43,982 bases of DNA from a virus (lineage: Duplodnaviria; Caudoviricetes), in IMG/VR virus record IMGVR_UViG_3300009498_000011, positions 1 to 43,982 of that record, one strand, 5' to 3'. How positions within the stretch are numbered: position 1 is the stretch's first letter; every line of letters begins with the position of its first letter. Position numbers and translations under genes: made by a program. Below the pieces are notes generated by a model, which was not told the origin of the DNA, searched no databases, and was given only the letters and a program-made list of their open reading frames with translations. Below, piece by piece: positions 8,450 to 17,383 of this stretch.

Positions 8450-11400
8450 TGGCAAAGCTCACGGTCAGCTTAGAAAGAGGCGAGCGTGGCGCCACTGGAC
8501 CGCAGGGACCCCAAGGTGACAAGGGAGATACTGGGAATACAGGCGCTACAGGCCCGCAGGGCACTCAGGGGGTCCAAGGTATCCAAGGCCCAGCTGGAGA
8601 TATCTCGACCTCTAATACAGACAACCTCACAGAGGGCTCGTCAAATCTGTACTACACAGACTCCAGGGTAGAGAACCATTCAGCGGTAGCGGCTAACACA
8701 GCGAAGGTTGGTATTACCGCGCAACAAGCCTCAGATATTACATCGAACAATGCTAAAATTAGTTATACCGATGCCAGCGCGGTTGCAGCCAACACAGCCA
8801 AAGAGGGGTACACAAACGCTAAGGCTGACGCTCGAATAGCAGCGGCCAGTATAGATGATCTGTCTGATGTAGACACCAGCACTGCTGCTCCTACTGATGG
8901 CCAGGCTTTGGTATGGAACAACGCTGACAGCGAGTGGGAGCCAGGAGATGTAGGGATTGATGGTATTTCATCTTCTTATGTAGATACCGAAGACCCAAGG
9001 AATTGGTTGGCAAGAAGCGAGCAGATTATTGGTGTAGGGTCTTTTGGCACAAGCGGTGTTGAGATTGCGTTTGGTGAAGGACACCCAAGAGATTTGTTTT
9101 TTAAGCCAGATGGGACCAGGCTGTTTATGGTTGGTAATGGCCGCGACGACATTCAGTCTGTAGATTTACCTACAGCCTGGGATTTAAGCTCTATTGCATC
9201 TACGGCAACAGTGACCAGTGTAGACCTTGCTGGATCTGCGGCTATTGGTGGCGCAGGGTTTGAAGGGGCATTGTACGGTATGCACGTTGCTAATGATCCT
9301 AACGACACGGCTACCTATGGAAAGAAGTTCTTTGTATCTGGTGATTCTAGAGATGAGGTTCAGGAATATACCTGCACCACGGCTTGGGATCTGTCTACTA
9401 TGTCCGCTGACGCAACCGCTTATCTAAGGTTGTCGTCTACCCCTCACGGGAACAGCGTGTATTCGGTTACGTTTAATCCTGACGGCACTATTATGTATGT
9501 CGGAAGAGCTGGCAACCCTAACACGTTTTCACATTTTGACTTATCTACGGCCTGGGATTTATCTACAGCTGTTTATAACTCGTCTAAGTCAACTAATATT
9601 AGTGTTAGCGAGGCTAGTTATGGAAATAATGAAGGATATGTAATAAACGTTTGTTTCAATACAGACGGAACAAAAGCTTATTTTACAGGAAGAACGAGAC
9701 ACGACCTTCACACTACGACGCTTTCTACGGCTTGGGATCTGTCTACGTATACTGACGACGGTATTCCTTTGCATCTTGATACGGGATACGTAGAGCAAGC
9801 TTTTAGCACAACCTACCCTAGTTGGAATCAGGAAAACTTTGCATGGCCTTCTGGTCTTTTCAATACCCCAGACTATCTATTTATATTATTCAACACTAAT
9901 GACCAGATAATTCGTTTAGACAAGAAGTATTACGAACTTAGCCTTGAGAGCAGAGTTAACAACAAGGCTGTTTTTCAGAAAGGGCTTAGGTCTTACGGTG
10001 AGGTAGAGGTTATAGGGACGATTGAATCTTCTGGCTTCAGGACGGGCGGTAACGCATATTTCAGTGGGGCCATGAACTGGAGTGGCTTCAATTCTGGCCC
10101 AGGCGTTACAAAAAATAATACGCTCTTTTTGGGGACGGGCATGGGGAATTTGGCTTTTGTGAACTCTGGTCAACCTTCAGGTTACGATAACGCTACTAGC
10201 AAAGACGTAAACAACACTACTGCTGGGACGTGGATTTTTCCTTCTGACTTAACTGGAGCTAACAATATCGTCCTGCCAGCACTTTCTGGTAACGTACTCC
10301 TAGATACAACCCCTAATCTTTATCATAATAAATTTAATTCTGACGCTGAGTCAAAGGTTACTGGTGCTACAGAGGATATAGAATACTACTACACAGCTAG
10401 AGCTGACGGTCAAGGACAGTTTCAAAGGACGCTTGGAGTTCTTCCAACCTCAGGTCAAACCCTAACCAGAACCAGCTATTACTCTGATAAGGCTTTCGCG
10501 GACCCAGACACAGCATCTGATTGGACGCAGGGGACGGCCTATACGTCCACCAGTCTCGCGTCTTCTATATCTCAGTCTGCTGACACTATTTTAAATGTTC
10601 AGTCTACTGGTACGCCTCCTCTTTCAACCAAAATTGTTATCTCTAACTACCTTGCTTCATCAGGCTTTGTTAGCGGAGATGCAGACGGGTTTGGAGGTAC
10701 ATCCGTGGCCTACAGCCTTCGATTGGTTAATCACACCTATGGTGGCGCGGCCATAAGGGTTGTAAACGATAGCGACGTAGAGGCTGATATAGGGTTTGAT
10801 TCTAATTACGAACTCGACACTACAGCCCTTTTGACTCACTGTGGTAGCGGCGATGGGTACCTAGTGAAGTGGTATGATCAGGTTCAAGGCGGCTCTACTG
10901 GTGATGGTAACGACGCTACGTGGTATGACAATGCTAGTTACTCTAGCAGAAAGCCAAAGATTGTGTCCGCTGGATCTGTATTAACGGATAACGGAAAGCC
11001 CTGTGTTGAAACCATAGACGCCACCATGATTATGGATAGCGAGTTCTCTGCTTCTGCTGAATACGATGTTTGGCTGGTTTGTCAGAAAACCACAACAAAC
11101 ACTAACCACGGTATGATTTTAGGCACCCAGGTGGGCCAAGACAACAGACTCTGGTTTAGGACTAATTTGAACTGGCAAATCAACGGGGGGGCAAATGAGC
11201 AGGGCGGTTATAGCACCTTTGGAACGGTTGGACAAATGATATTCAACGCCAGAAGAGACTCATCAAACATAAATACTGCTCAGAGAAACGATGTGGTTGG
11301 TAATCATAACTACAACAGAAGTGGAGCGTTTAGGTCTGGCTATATTCTGAACGCTTGGAACAACATTCAATACACTTTTGATGGTAACGTACAGGAGATC

Positions 11401-11478
11401 ATTATGCTTGACGGTGACAAGTCTTCTGAGCGCTCTGCTATTCTATCTAACTTGAACACGTATTACAGCGTTTACTAA
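8449..11478 (+). CDS. Multidomain tail fibre/receptor-binding protein (collagen, fibre repeats, beta-propeller, C-terminal ConA/AbfB-like domain)
   Basis: G-X-Y run, TDNLTEGSSNLYYTD, SAVAANTAK x2, IDDLSDVD..PTDGQALVW, four TAWDLS repeats, AYSLRLV...DIGF...KWYDQ. Confidence 0.8.
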   Translation: MAKLTVSLERGERGATGPQGPQGDKGDTGNTGATGPQGTQGVQGIQGPAGDISTSNTDNLTEGSSNLYYTDSRVENHSAVAANTAKVGITAQQASDITSNNAKISYTDASAVAANTAKEGYTNAKADARIAAASIDDLSDVDTSTAAPTDGQALVWNNADSEWEPGDVGIDGISSSYVDTEDPRNWLARSEQIIGVGSFGTSGVEIAFGEGHPRDLFFKPDGTRLFMVGNGRDDIQSVDLPTAWDLSSIASTATVTSVDLAGSAAIGGAGFEGALYGMHVANDPNDTATYGKKFFVSGDSRDEVQEYTCTTAWDLSTMSADATAYLRLSSTPHGNSVYSVTFNPDGTIMYVGRAGNPNTFSHFDLSTAWDLSTAVYNSSKSTNISVSEASYGNNEGYVINVCFNTDGTKAYFTGRTRHDLHTTTLSTAWDLSTYTDDGIPLHLDTGYVEQAFSTTYPSWNQENFAWPSGLFNTPDYLFILFNTNDQIIRLDKKYYELSLESRVNNKAVFQKGLRSYGEVEVIGTIESSGFRTGGNAYFSGAMNWSGFNSGPGVTKNNTLFLGTGMGNLAFVNSGQPSGYDNATSKDVNNTTAGTWIFPSDLTGANNIVLPALSGNVLLDTTPNLYHNKFNSDAESKVTGATEDIEYYYTARADGQGQFQRTLGVLPTSGQTLTRTSYYSDKAFADPDTASDWTQGTAYTSTSLASSISQSADTILNVQSTGTPPLSTKIVISNYLASSGFVSGDADGFGGTSVAYSLRLVNHTYGGAAIRVVNDSDVEADIGFDSNYELDTTALLTHCGSGDGYLVKWYDQVQGGSTGDGNDATWYDNASYSSRKPKIVSAGSVLTDNGKPCVETIDATMIMDSEFSASAEYDVWLVCQKTTTNTNHGMILGTQVGQDNRLWFRTNLNWQINGGANEQGGYSTFGTVGQMIFNARRDSSNINTAQRNDVVGNHNYNRSGAFRSGYILNAWNNIQYTFDGNVQEIIMLDGDKSSERSAILSNLNTYYSVY
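9172..9746 (+). repeat. Four intragenic TAWDLS repeats, including an identical 20-mer ACGGCTTGGGATCTGTCTAC at 9379-9398 and 9727-9746
   Basis: Read directly from DNA and translation. Confidence 0.85.
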
Positions 11479-12086
11479 TGGCACTAACTTTTGACGGAGA
11501 TACAACGCAGGTAACGATAACCCCAGAGAGGAGGTCCTCTATTGTGGTTACGAAGCCGTCTGACATTTCTATAGATGTCATGACTGCTAATGCGTTGGTG
11601 CGAACAATTACGCAGTCTCTCGTCAACAACACGGTAAACGTATCTGTCCCCTCCCCTACGTCTATGACGGTTACGAAGCCGTCAGGCATCACGGTTGAGG
11701 TTCTTGAGAAAGGCAGTAGAGGGGAGAAAGGAGAGAAAGGAGATGCGGGCGCAGGGTTCCCAGCTGGAGGAACGGCTGGTCAGTATATGACCAAGACGTC
11801 AGACGCTGACTACGACGCTACATGGACCTCAGTCACTGGGAGCGGCCTATTCAATGTAATTGAAGACACAACACCTCAGTTAGGTGGAAACCTTGACGTG
11901 CAGTCGAGGTCTTTGTTTACTAGCATTACAGATGAGGACATCACAATAACACCGAACGGAACAGGCAGTGTGAATCTTGACGGAACCATAAAATTCAGGA
12001 GGTTTAGCACACCACCAACAGCCTTTGAAGGTGGTATGTATGCAGACGATCAAGACAACTTGTTTTTTGGTGTTAGTGACTCATAA
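11478..12086 (+). CDS. Short tail-fibre-like protein
   Basis: Internal duplication (GGTTACGAAGCCGTC at 11546 and 11669), short collagen, PAGGTAGQYMTK.S.ADYD..W and DTTPQLGGNLD motifs. Confidence 0.72.
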   Translation: MALTFDGDTTQVTITPERRSSIVVTKPSDISIDVMTANALVRTITQSLVNNTVNVSVPSPTSMTVTKPSGITVEVLEKGSRGEKGEKGDAGAGFPAGGTAGQYMTKTSDADYDATWTSVTGSGLFNVIEDTTPQLGGNLDVQSRSLFTSITDEDITITPNGTGSVNLDGTIKFRRFSTPPTAFEGGMYADDQDNLFFGVSDS

Positions 12087-12118
12087 TAAAAATCATTATC
12101 TTTACAAAAAAAAAATAG

Positions 12119-13360
12119 ATGGCAACTTGGAAAAAGGTCCTTACCGAAGCGGACAAAGCTACAGATGGAGCAGGCGGCATTGCTAACGGAGAAACTGGAT
12201 TAGCAACTGGTAATGCTGTATTTGACTATATTGTAGCTCAGAATTTTGGTAGCGGTTCAGGTGATATCACCGACGTTACTGTAACGGCTGATGACACAAA
12301 CACGGTAGGCGCCGCCACTGGGGATGCATCGTTCACGATTGCTGGTGGTGAAGGAATTTCCACTTCTGCTGCTGGGTCTACTCTTACGATCGCCTCTGAA
12401 GACTCTACTGCCTCAAACAAAGGGGCTGTAATTGTAGCTGCTGGTGAGGGAATTGACGTGTCCTACTCTTCTGGTACAGCTACAGTATCTGGTGAAGACG
12501 CAACCGTATCAAATAAAGGTATCGCAAGTTTTGCCACCGCAGACTTTGCTGTGACCTCTGGAGCCGTAACGATCAAAGCCTTGGGTGTTTCTAACGCTCA
12601 GCTAGCTGGTTCAATTGCAAATGCAAAGCTTGCTAACAGCACGATTAGTGGGGTATCACTTGGTGGTACTCTAGGCAACCTTAGAGGAACCAATGAGGGA
12701 GGTATTTCTATGACCACCTATAACGGTTCTGCCGCTGTTGCAGATGTTGAAATTGACATTAACGGAATGGGCGTTGTCTCTGCGACTGCAAGCACAGACA
12801 CTATGGTAATATACGATGCGTCTGCAACAGCTCATAAAAAGTTGAGCATTTCTGCGCTTCAGTCTTATATGCAGGGCAATCTTTCGTTTACAACTAACAC
12901 GGACTCAAACGTAAGTAAGGCCAACCTCACGACTGTTCTTGCTTCATACAATGGTAGCGACACTTTAAATATTGGTGATTCAGGCGATGATACCACGGTT
13001 GTTATTCGTGGTAACCTTCAGGTAGATGGAACCACTACCACCGTTAATTCAAGTACACTAACGGTTGATGATCATATCATTACAGCCGCTTCTGGTAGCG
13101 CTGACGCAGCTACTGCTGGTACTGCTGGTCTTGAGATAGACACATCAAATGGCACACAGCTCCCATTCGTAGGGTTTGTTGATGGTGCGGGGCTAACCGA
13201 AATGGTTGTTAAAGCAGAGGGCAACACAACTGCTTTTCCTATCGCCATTATGGAATTTGACGCGGTAAGTGGTGCTCCAGGATCAGGCGATAATGCAGGT
13301 GGTGTTGGCTCATTTCACTTCAACACAGCAGATGATGAGCTGTACATTAGAACAGCTTGA
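12119..13360 (+). CDS. Tail-fibre shaft-like protein
   Basis: MATWKKV N-terminus, IAGGEGI/KGIASF repeats, GNLQVDGTTTTVNS motif, A/G/T/S-rich. Confidence 0.78.
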   Translation: MATWKKVLTEADKATDGAGGIANGETGLATGNAVFDYIVAQNFGSGSGDITDVTVTADDTNTVGAATGDASFTIAGGEGISTSAAGSTLTIASEDSTASNKGAVIVAAGEGIDVSYSSGTATVSGEDATVSNKGIASFATADFAVTSGAVTIKALGVSNAQLAGSIANAKLANSTISGVSLGGTLGNLRGTNEGGISMTTYNGSAAVADVEIDINGMGVVSATASTDTMVIYDASATAHKKLSISALQSYMQGNLSFTTNTDSNVSKANLTTVLASYNGSDTLNIGDSGDDTTVVIRGNLQVDGTTTTVNSSTLTVDDHIITAASGSADAATAGTAGLEIDTSNGTQLPFVGFVDGAGLTEMVVKAEGNTTAFPIAIMEFDAVSGAPGSGDNAGGVGSFHFNTADDELYIRTA

Positions 13361-13557
13361 TGAGTAAATTGGCTAACCCTAAACCCAGGGACTTTACTAG
13401 TCAAGAGCTGAATGATCAAGAGTTGAGGTACATACTTACCTTAATCTCTACATCTAAGTTTGACGGTAAGGATGTTTTCGTCGTGGCGGACATCGTAGAT
13501 AAATTGAATAAAAAAATAGAATTTAATCACAATGAAGTTAGGAGTAAACGAGGTTAG
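13360..13557 (+). CDS. Small helical protein, possible fibre chaperone (paralogue A)
   Basis: ATG overlaps the previous TGA. Core ELRYILTLISTSKFDGKDVFVVADIVDKL. Confidence 0.7.
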   Translation: MSKLANPKPRDFTSQELNDQELRYILTLISTSKFDGKDVFVVADIVDKLNKKIEFNHNEVRSKRG

Positions 13558-13708
13558 CTTTATACATCAGGCGGTTATGTCTGTTAGCATAAAGGGTAGT
13601 GACGCGGTTCAGGTGGCTGGACTAATCGAAAAGTTAGAAAAAGAATTTACACGTCTACAAAAGTTAGAGTCAAAGAAAGATGGCAACGTGGAAGAAGGTA
13701 ATAGCTGA
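13532..13708 (+). CDS. Small helical protein, 58 aa (paralogue B), not in the ORF track
   Basis: MKLGVNEVSFIHQAVMSVSIKGSDAVQVAGLIEKLEKEF...; fills the gap and resembles 13360..13557. Confidence 0.72.
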   Translation: MKLGVNEVSFIHQAVMSVSIKGSDAVQVAGLIEKLEKEFTRLQKLESKKDGNVEEGNS

Positions 13709-15092
13709 TGGATCAAGCCTGACAGATATTGGTACGCCAGCATCTGACGACAAGATCTTGATTCAAGATACTTCCGACAGCGATACTGTTAAGTATGTTG
13801 ACTTTGGGGATATTGGCGGCGGCTCAAGCGATGTGGTGGATGATACAACGCCACAGCTTGGAGGCAACCTGGATTTGAACAGCAACGATATCACGGGCAC
13901 TGGCAACGTGAACATCACTGGAGGAGTAACCGCCAGCGGAAATGGCAACCTGGGCGGCCTCGTTTTAGGAACAACTGGCATGCTAAGCCTGGGCGCGATC
14001 CAGGCAACAAACATCTCTGGCAATGGGAATGGATCATTCTCTGGCACCTTAACAGTTGGAGGTGATGCCACCTTCAGCTCGAATCTATTCGCAAGTGGCC
14101 TGCAATTCGTAGGCAATGGAACCAATACGATCCATCCAGCCAACACTGGAGGCACGCAAACTGATTTGCAGATTGAGAGCAATGGCAATGTAACGATCGT
14201 GCTTGATGATGATGATGATGAAACGGATCAAGCTTTCAAGATCCAGAGCGGGGATGGCACCGTGATTTTCCAGGTAAATGAAAGCGGAGTAACGAGCGGG
14301 CTTCTGACCTCAGCTACACCAACGATCAGCACAATCATCGACTTCGAGAGCTCGCAAACTAGCACGATCACCGTAAGCAATTACGATAGCGATACCACAT
14401 ACGCTGTGAAGCTCTACAACAGCAGCAATGCTCTGCAAAGCCACACGATCACGAACAACAATAATGGAACATGGACGATAGCTAGTGGCTTGTCACCTGC
14501 TGCTGGCTACTATGTAACAATCCAAGCACAAAAGATTGGTGAGTTCATAAGCGCTCTTGCTACTTCAAACACGTTCGAATCACAAGCCGCTCAAACGCAG
14601 ATGAGATATTGGCGACTACAAATGACCAATGCAAGCAAAACCCCAGTAAACGGGCATGTAGCGTTAGGCGATTTCCGACTGTACACAGCTACGGGCGGGG
14701 GTGGTACTGCGTACCCTTCGAACATGACAAGTGAAACAACCCCGTCACCCTATGTTGTCACAAAGGGGTATCAATATTCATCAACTTATCCAGCATGGAA
14801 AGCGATGGATGGAAGTGGCTCATCATCCAGTTCAATGTGGTGGACATTAAGTATATCAGCAGCCGCAGACAATTGGATTCAAATTGACCTTGGCAGCAGC
14901 ATCGATTTCGGCAGTGGGGAGTGCCAAATCACAACGAGCGGGAACTGGACAAATGCTAACTATGCCGTTTTGTATGGAAGCAATACAGGCGATTTTACAG
15001 GGGAAGAGCGGGAAATGGCATTTTTCCAAAACATAGATAAAGCTGGAGAGTCTGGTGGAACTTTTACAACTTATACTGAGTCAATATCATGA
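13680..15092 (+). CDS. Tail fibre with C-terminal discoidin/F5-8-like glycan-binding domain
   Basis: MATWKKV start, DTTPQLGGNLD, C-terminal RYWRL...PSNMTS..TPSPY...AWKAMDG...WIQIDLG. Confidence 0.75.
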   Translation: MATWKKVIADGSSLTDIGTPASDDKILIQDTSDSDTVKYVDFGDIGGGSSDVVDDTTPQLGGNLDLNSNDITGTGNVNITGGVTASGNGNLGGLVLGTTGMLSLGAIQATNISGNGNGSFSGTLTVGGDATFSSNLFASGLQFVGNGTNTIHPANTGGTQTDLQIESNGNVTIVLDDDDDETDQAFKIQSGDGTVIFQVNESGVTSGLLTSATPTISTIIDFESSQTSTITVSNYDSDTTYAVKLYNSSNALQSHTITNNNNGTWTIASGLSPAAGYYVTIQAQKIGEFISALATSNTFESQAAQTQMRYWRLQMTNASKTPVNGHVALGDFRLYTATGGGGTAYPSNMTSETTPSPYVVTKGYQYSSTYPAWKAMDGSGSSSSSMWWTLSISAAADNWIQIDLGSSIDFGSGECQITTSGNWTNANYAVLYGSNTGDFTGEEREMAFFQNIDKAGESGGTFTTYTESIS

Positions 15093-15319
15093 CCCTGACG
15101 GAAGGAGCAACAAACGAGATAAACTCTCGATGGCCTGAGCACAAGCAGCGCAACTGTTCCTTGATGCCTGATATATACGGTCGTGAATACACGGAGAATA
15201 TGTCGATAGGGATACAGATTGTAAGAGATAGGTACCACCAATTAAAGGGTAACGGCGCTACCTCCTGGAGCACTACCCAAGCGACGAGGGATTTGCTTGA
15301 CAAGTTGGCTGGAATCTGA
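15089..15319 (+). CDS. Putative tail-fibre assembly chaperone
   Basis: 76 aa directly after the fibre gene (ATGA overlap), EINSRWPEHKQRN motif. Confidence 0.55.
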   Translation: MTLTEGATNEINSRWPEHKQRNCSLMPDIYGREYTENMSIGIQIVRDRYHQLKGNGATSWSTTQATRDLLDKLAGI

Positions 15320-15335
15320 CTGTTTTTGTTTTTAT

Positions 15336-15343
15336 TATCTTTG
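15336..15343 (+). promoter_or_regulatory. -7 box TATCTTTG
   Basis: TAnnTTTG, 4 nt before ATG 15348. Confidence 0.72.
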
Positions 15344-15347
15344 CTTT

Positions 15348-15656
15348 ATGGCCGAAGATGTAAAAAAGAAACTTAAGCGGTTTGGGCTGTCTGGACTGAA
15401 TAAACCTAAGCGCTCAACCAGCGGAGGCAAGTCACATATCGTGGCTACACGCTGTGATGGTAAAATTAAAATTATTCGCTTTGGTCAGGCGGGCGTTAAA
15501 ACAAACCAAACGGCAGGACAGCGCAAGGCTTTTAAGAGTCGTCACGCTAAAAACATAGTTAAGGGTAAGTGCAGCGCCGCTTATTGGGCAAACAAAGTGA
15601 AATGGTCTCCAAGCAAGACTAAATCTCCAAGCAAGAAATGGGTTAAAGGATCATGA
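15348..15656 (+). CDS. Small highly basic protein
   Basis: Start reassigned to ATG 15348. KIIRFGQAG...FKSRHAKN...SAAYWANKVKW. Confidence 0.78.
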   Translation: MAEDVKKKLKRFGLSGLNKPKRSTSGGKSHIVATRCDGKIKIIRFGQAGVKTNQTAGQRKAFKSRHAKNIVKGKCSAAYWANKVKWSPSKTKSPSKKWVKGS

Positions 15657-15850
15657 ATGCTGTCAAGTACAATAAAGGCGGCAAACTCAAAGTTAGCTCT
15701 GCCACGAAGTCTGTTCCTGCACCTGCTGGTTTTCACTGGATGGTGGATAGGGGTAGATACTTCCTTATGAAAGGAGATTATGCTCCACACCCTAGTGCCG
15801 TTAAGGAGGCTAAATTTAAGCTTGTCAGTCATGGTAGTAAAGAAGCTTAA
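15653..15850 (+). CDS. Small basic protein
   Basis: 65 aa, KYNKGGK and APAGFHWM, ATGA overlap. Confidence 0.7.
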   Translation: MNAVKYNKGGKLKVSSATKSVPAPAGFHWMVDRGRYFLMKGDYAPHPSAVKEAKFKLVSHGSKEA

Positions 15851-15995
15851 GAAGGGGGGTACCCTGAAGGACGCTTGTTACTACAAGGTAAAGTCTAGGT
15901 ACAAAAAGTGGCCTTCCGCTTACGCTTCTGGTGCTTTAGCGAAGTGCAGAAAGGTTGGCGTAAAAAACTGGGGAAATGGCAGTAAGAAAAACTAA
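15831..15995 (+). CDS. Small basic protein
   Basis: Start at ATG 15831. KDACYYKVKSRYKKWPSAYASGALAKCRK. Confidence 0.72.
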   Translation: MVVKKLKKGGTLKDACYYKVKSRYKKWPSAYASGALAKCRKVGVKNWGNGSKKN

Positions 15996-16224
15996 GGCTG
16001 GCCTGAATTTAAAGCGCTGGTTCAGGGAGGATTGGCAAACAGAGTCTGGCGAGAAGGATACCGATGGGAAACCTAGGACTTTTAGACCTAGAAGAAAGGT
16101 TTCTTCAGAAACTCCTACCACTTGGGGTGAGTTAAGCCCAGCCGAGAAAAGAAGAGCTAGAAGAAAGAAAAGGAAAGAGGGCAGAGTTGATAGGTTTAAG
16201 ATCATCAAAAAGCCTAAAAAATAA
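15976..16224 (+). CDS. Small basic protein (DUF5872-like)
   Basis: LKRWFREDW...RP..KVSSETPTT..EL motif, very R/K-rich. Confidence 0.68.
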   Translation: MAVRKTKAGLNLKRWFREDWQTESGEKDTDGKPRTFRPRRKVSSETPTTWGELSPAEKRRARRKKRKEGRVDRFKIIKKPKK

Positions 16225-16228
16225 TTCC

Positions 16229-16236
16229 TATATTTG
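16229..16236 (+). promoter_or_regulatory. -7 box TATATTTG for the head-gene cluster
   Basis: TAnnTTTG(C), intergenic, 20 nt before ATG 16257. Confidence 0.72.
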
Positions 16237-16256
16237 CATTCATATAACTAACACAA

Positions 16257-16658
16257 ATGGCTACGACCACTGCAACACTCACACTTTCGAGCGGCGACCT
16301 AACTGGTGACGCTCTTGCACTCAATACAACCGCTACTTTAACTAAAGCTGGTGTAACAACTGGGCTAGATCAGACTACTGGGGTGGCTCGGAAGTTTTAC
16401 GCTAGTGCATCTACTGCTGAAAAATTAATTGATGCCGCTGATTACACGGACGCTAAGGCTCACAAGGTCTACATTAAGAATACCTCAACCACTGCTGCTG
16501 AGTACATCACTATTGAGTTGGGAGCAGCTAACCTAAATTTAGGTAGTCTTTACGCTGGTGATTGGGCTTTCTTTCCATGGGATGGAACAAACGATATTGA
16601 TATAGACACCAGTGCCGTCAACATGACTGTTGAGTACATGGTAATCTTTGAAGCATAA
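16257..16658 (+). CDS. Putative virion structural/decoration protein (paralogue 1)
   Basis: MATTTATLTLSSGDL..., VYIKN, L.AGDWAFFPW. Confidence 0.7.
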   Translation: MATTTATLTLSSGDLTGDALALNTTATLTKAGVTTGLDQTTGVARKFYASASTAEKLIDAADYTDAKAHKVYIKNTSTTAAEYITIELGAANLNLGSLYAGDWAFFPWDGTNDIDIDTSAVNMTVEYMVIFEA

Positions 16659-17065
16659 TGGCAACAGTACGCGCCTCACTCAGCCTTAACAGCGCTGACG
16701 TGCTTACAAGTGCGCTGGCTTTGACCACTGTGGCTAACCTTGCTTGCGACTCTGGCAGTTTAGTCAGAGCTAAGGTAAAAGGTACGGCTGCGGATACGGA
16801 CGATCTGGTTGTATATAAAGCAAACGATAAAAGCGAAAGAGCTTATATTTATATCAAGAATTTAGAAGGGGAGTTGGAGAATTACATCTACGTAAGAAAC
16901 GAAACTGAAAGCAACACCGCACTTGTAGCCAAGATTGGAGGAGGTGAATTCGCTTTTATTCCTTTAGCTCCAGACAAGACTTACGAGGTTATTGCAACCA
17001 AAGTGGACAGCCTTATTGAGTACGGCGTATTTGGTAATGATAACTCAGCAGTTTCTCTAGCATAA
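16658..17065 (+). CDS. Putative virion structural/decoration protein (paralogue 2)
   Basis: MATVRASLSLNSADV..., IYIKN, IGGGEFAFIP; colinear with the previous gene. Confidence 0.7.
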   Translation: MATVRASLSLNSADVLTSALALTTVANLACDSGSLVRAKVKGTAADTDDLVVYKANDKSERAYIYIKNLEGELENYIYVRNETESNTALVAKIGGGEFAFIPLAPDKTYEVIATKVDSLIEYGVFGNDNSAVSLA

Positions 17066-17077
17066 AATAAATAAGAC

Positions 17078-17359
17078 ATGGCACATCCTTCAGAAGCTTT
17101 ACCTAAAAACATGTACATCCTTAACGGGACTAACGATCTTGCACTAACTAATGGACGTCATGTTTTTGCTATATACAACCCAACCGCAGCAGCGGTTACA
17201 GTGGATATAACTGGTAGTTTATACACTTATCAGACTGATGCATACAAAGAGCTTTCAACAGAGACAACAGGATTTCCGATTCCTTCTGGAGGAACTCTTT
17301 ACGGGAGATTCACTAACGTGGAGTCTTCAGCCGCTAACGTAGTTTGCTACGTGGCTTAA
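17078..17359 (+). CDS. Small beta-rich putative structural protein
   Basis: 93 aa, FPIPSGGTLYGRFT..., in the head cluster. Confidence 0.68.
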   Translation: MAHPSEALPKNMYILNGTNDLALTNGRHVFAIYNPTAAAVTVDITGSLYTYQTDAYKELSTETTGFPIPSGGTLYGRFTNVESSAANVVCYVA

Positions 17360-17383
17360 ATTGAACACAATTAATTAAATATA

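Noticed and set aside
9172-9746. Spaced repeats resembling a CRISPR array or a DGR template/variable pair
   Set aside because: They are in-frame protein repeats 165-207 nt apart with synonymous variation. No adenine-specific mismatch pattern, reverse transcriptase or cas genes.
12106-12115. A10 tract before a fibre gene as a phase-variation site
   Set aside because: It is intergenic and consistent with ordinary A-rich Bacteroidota translation-initiation regions; there is no evidence of length variation.
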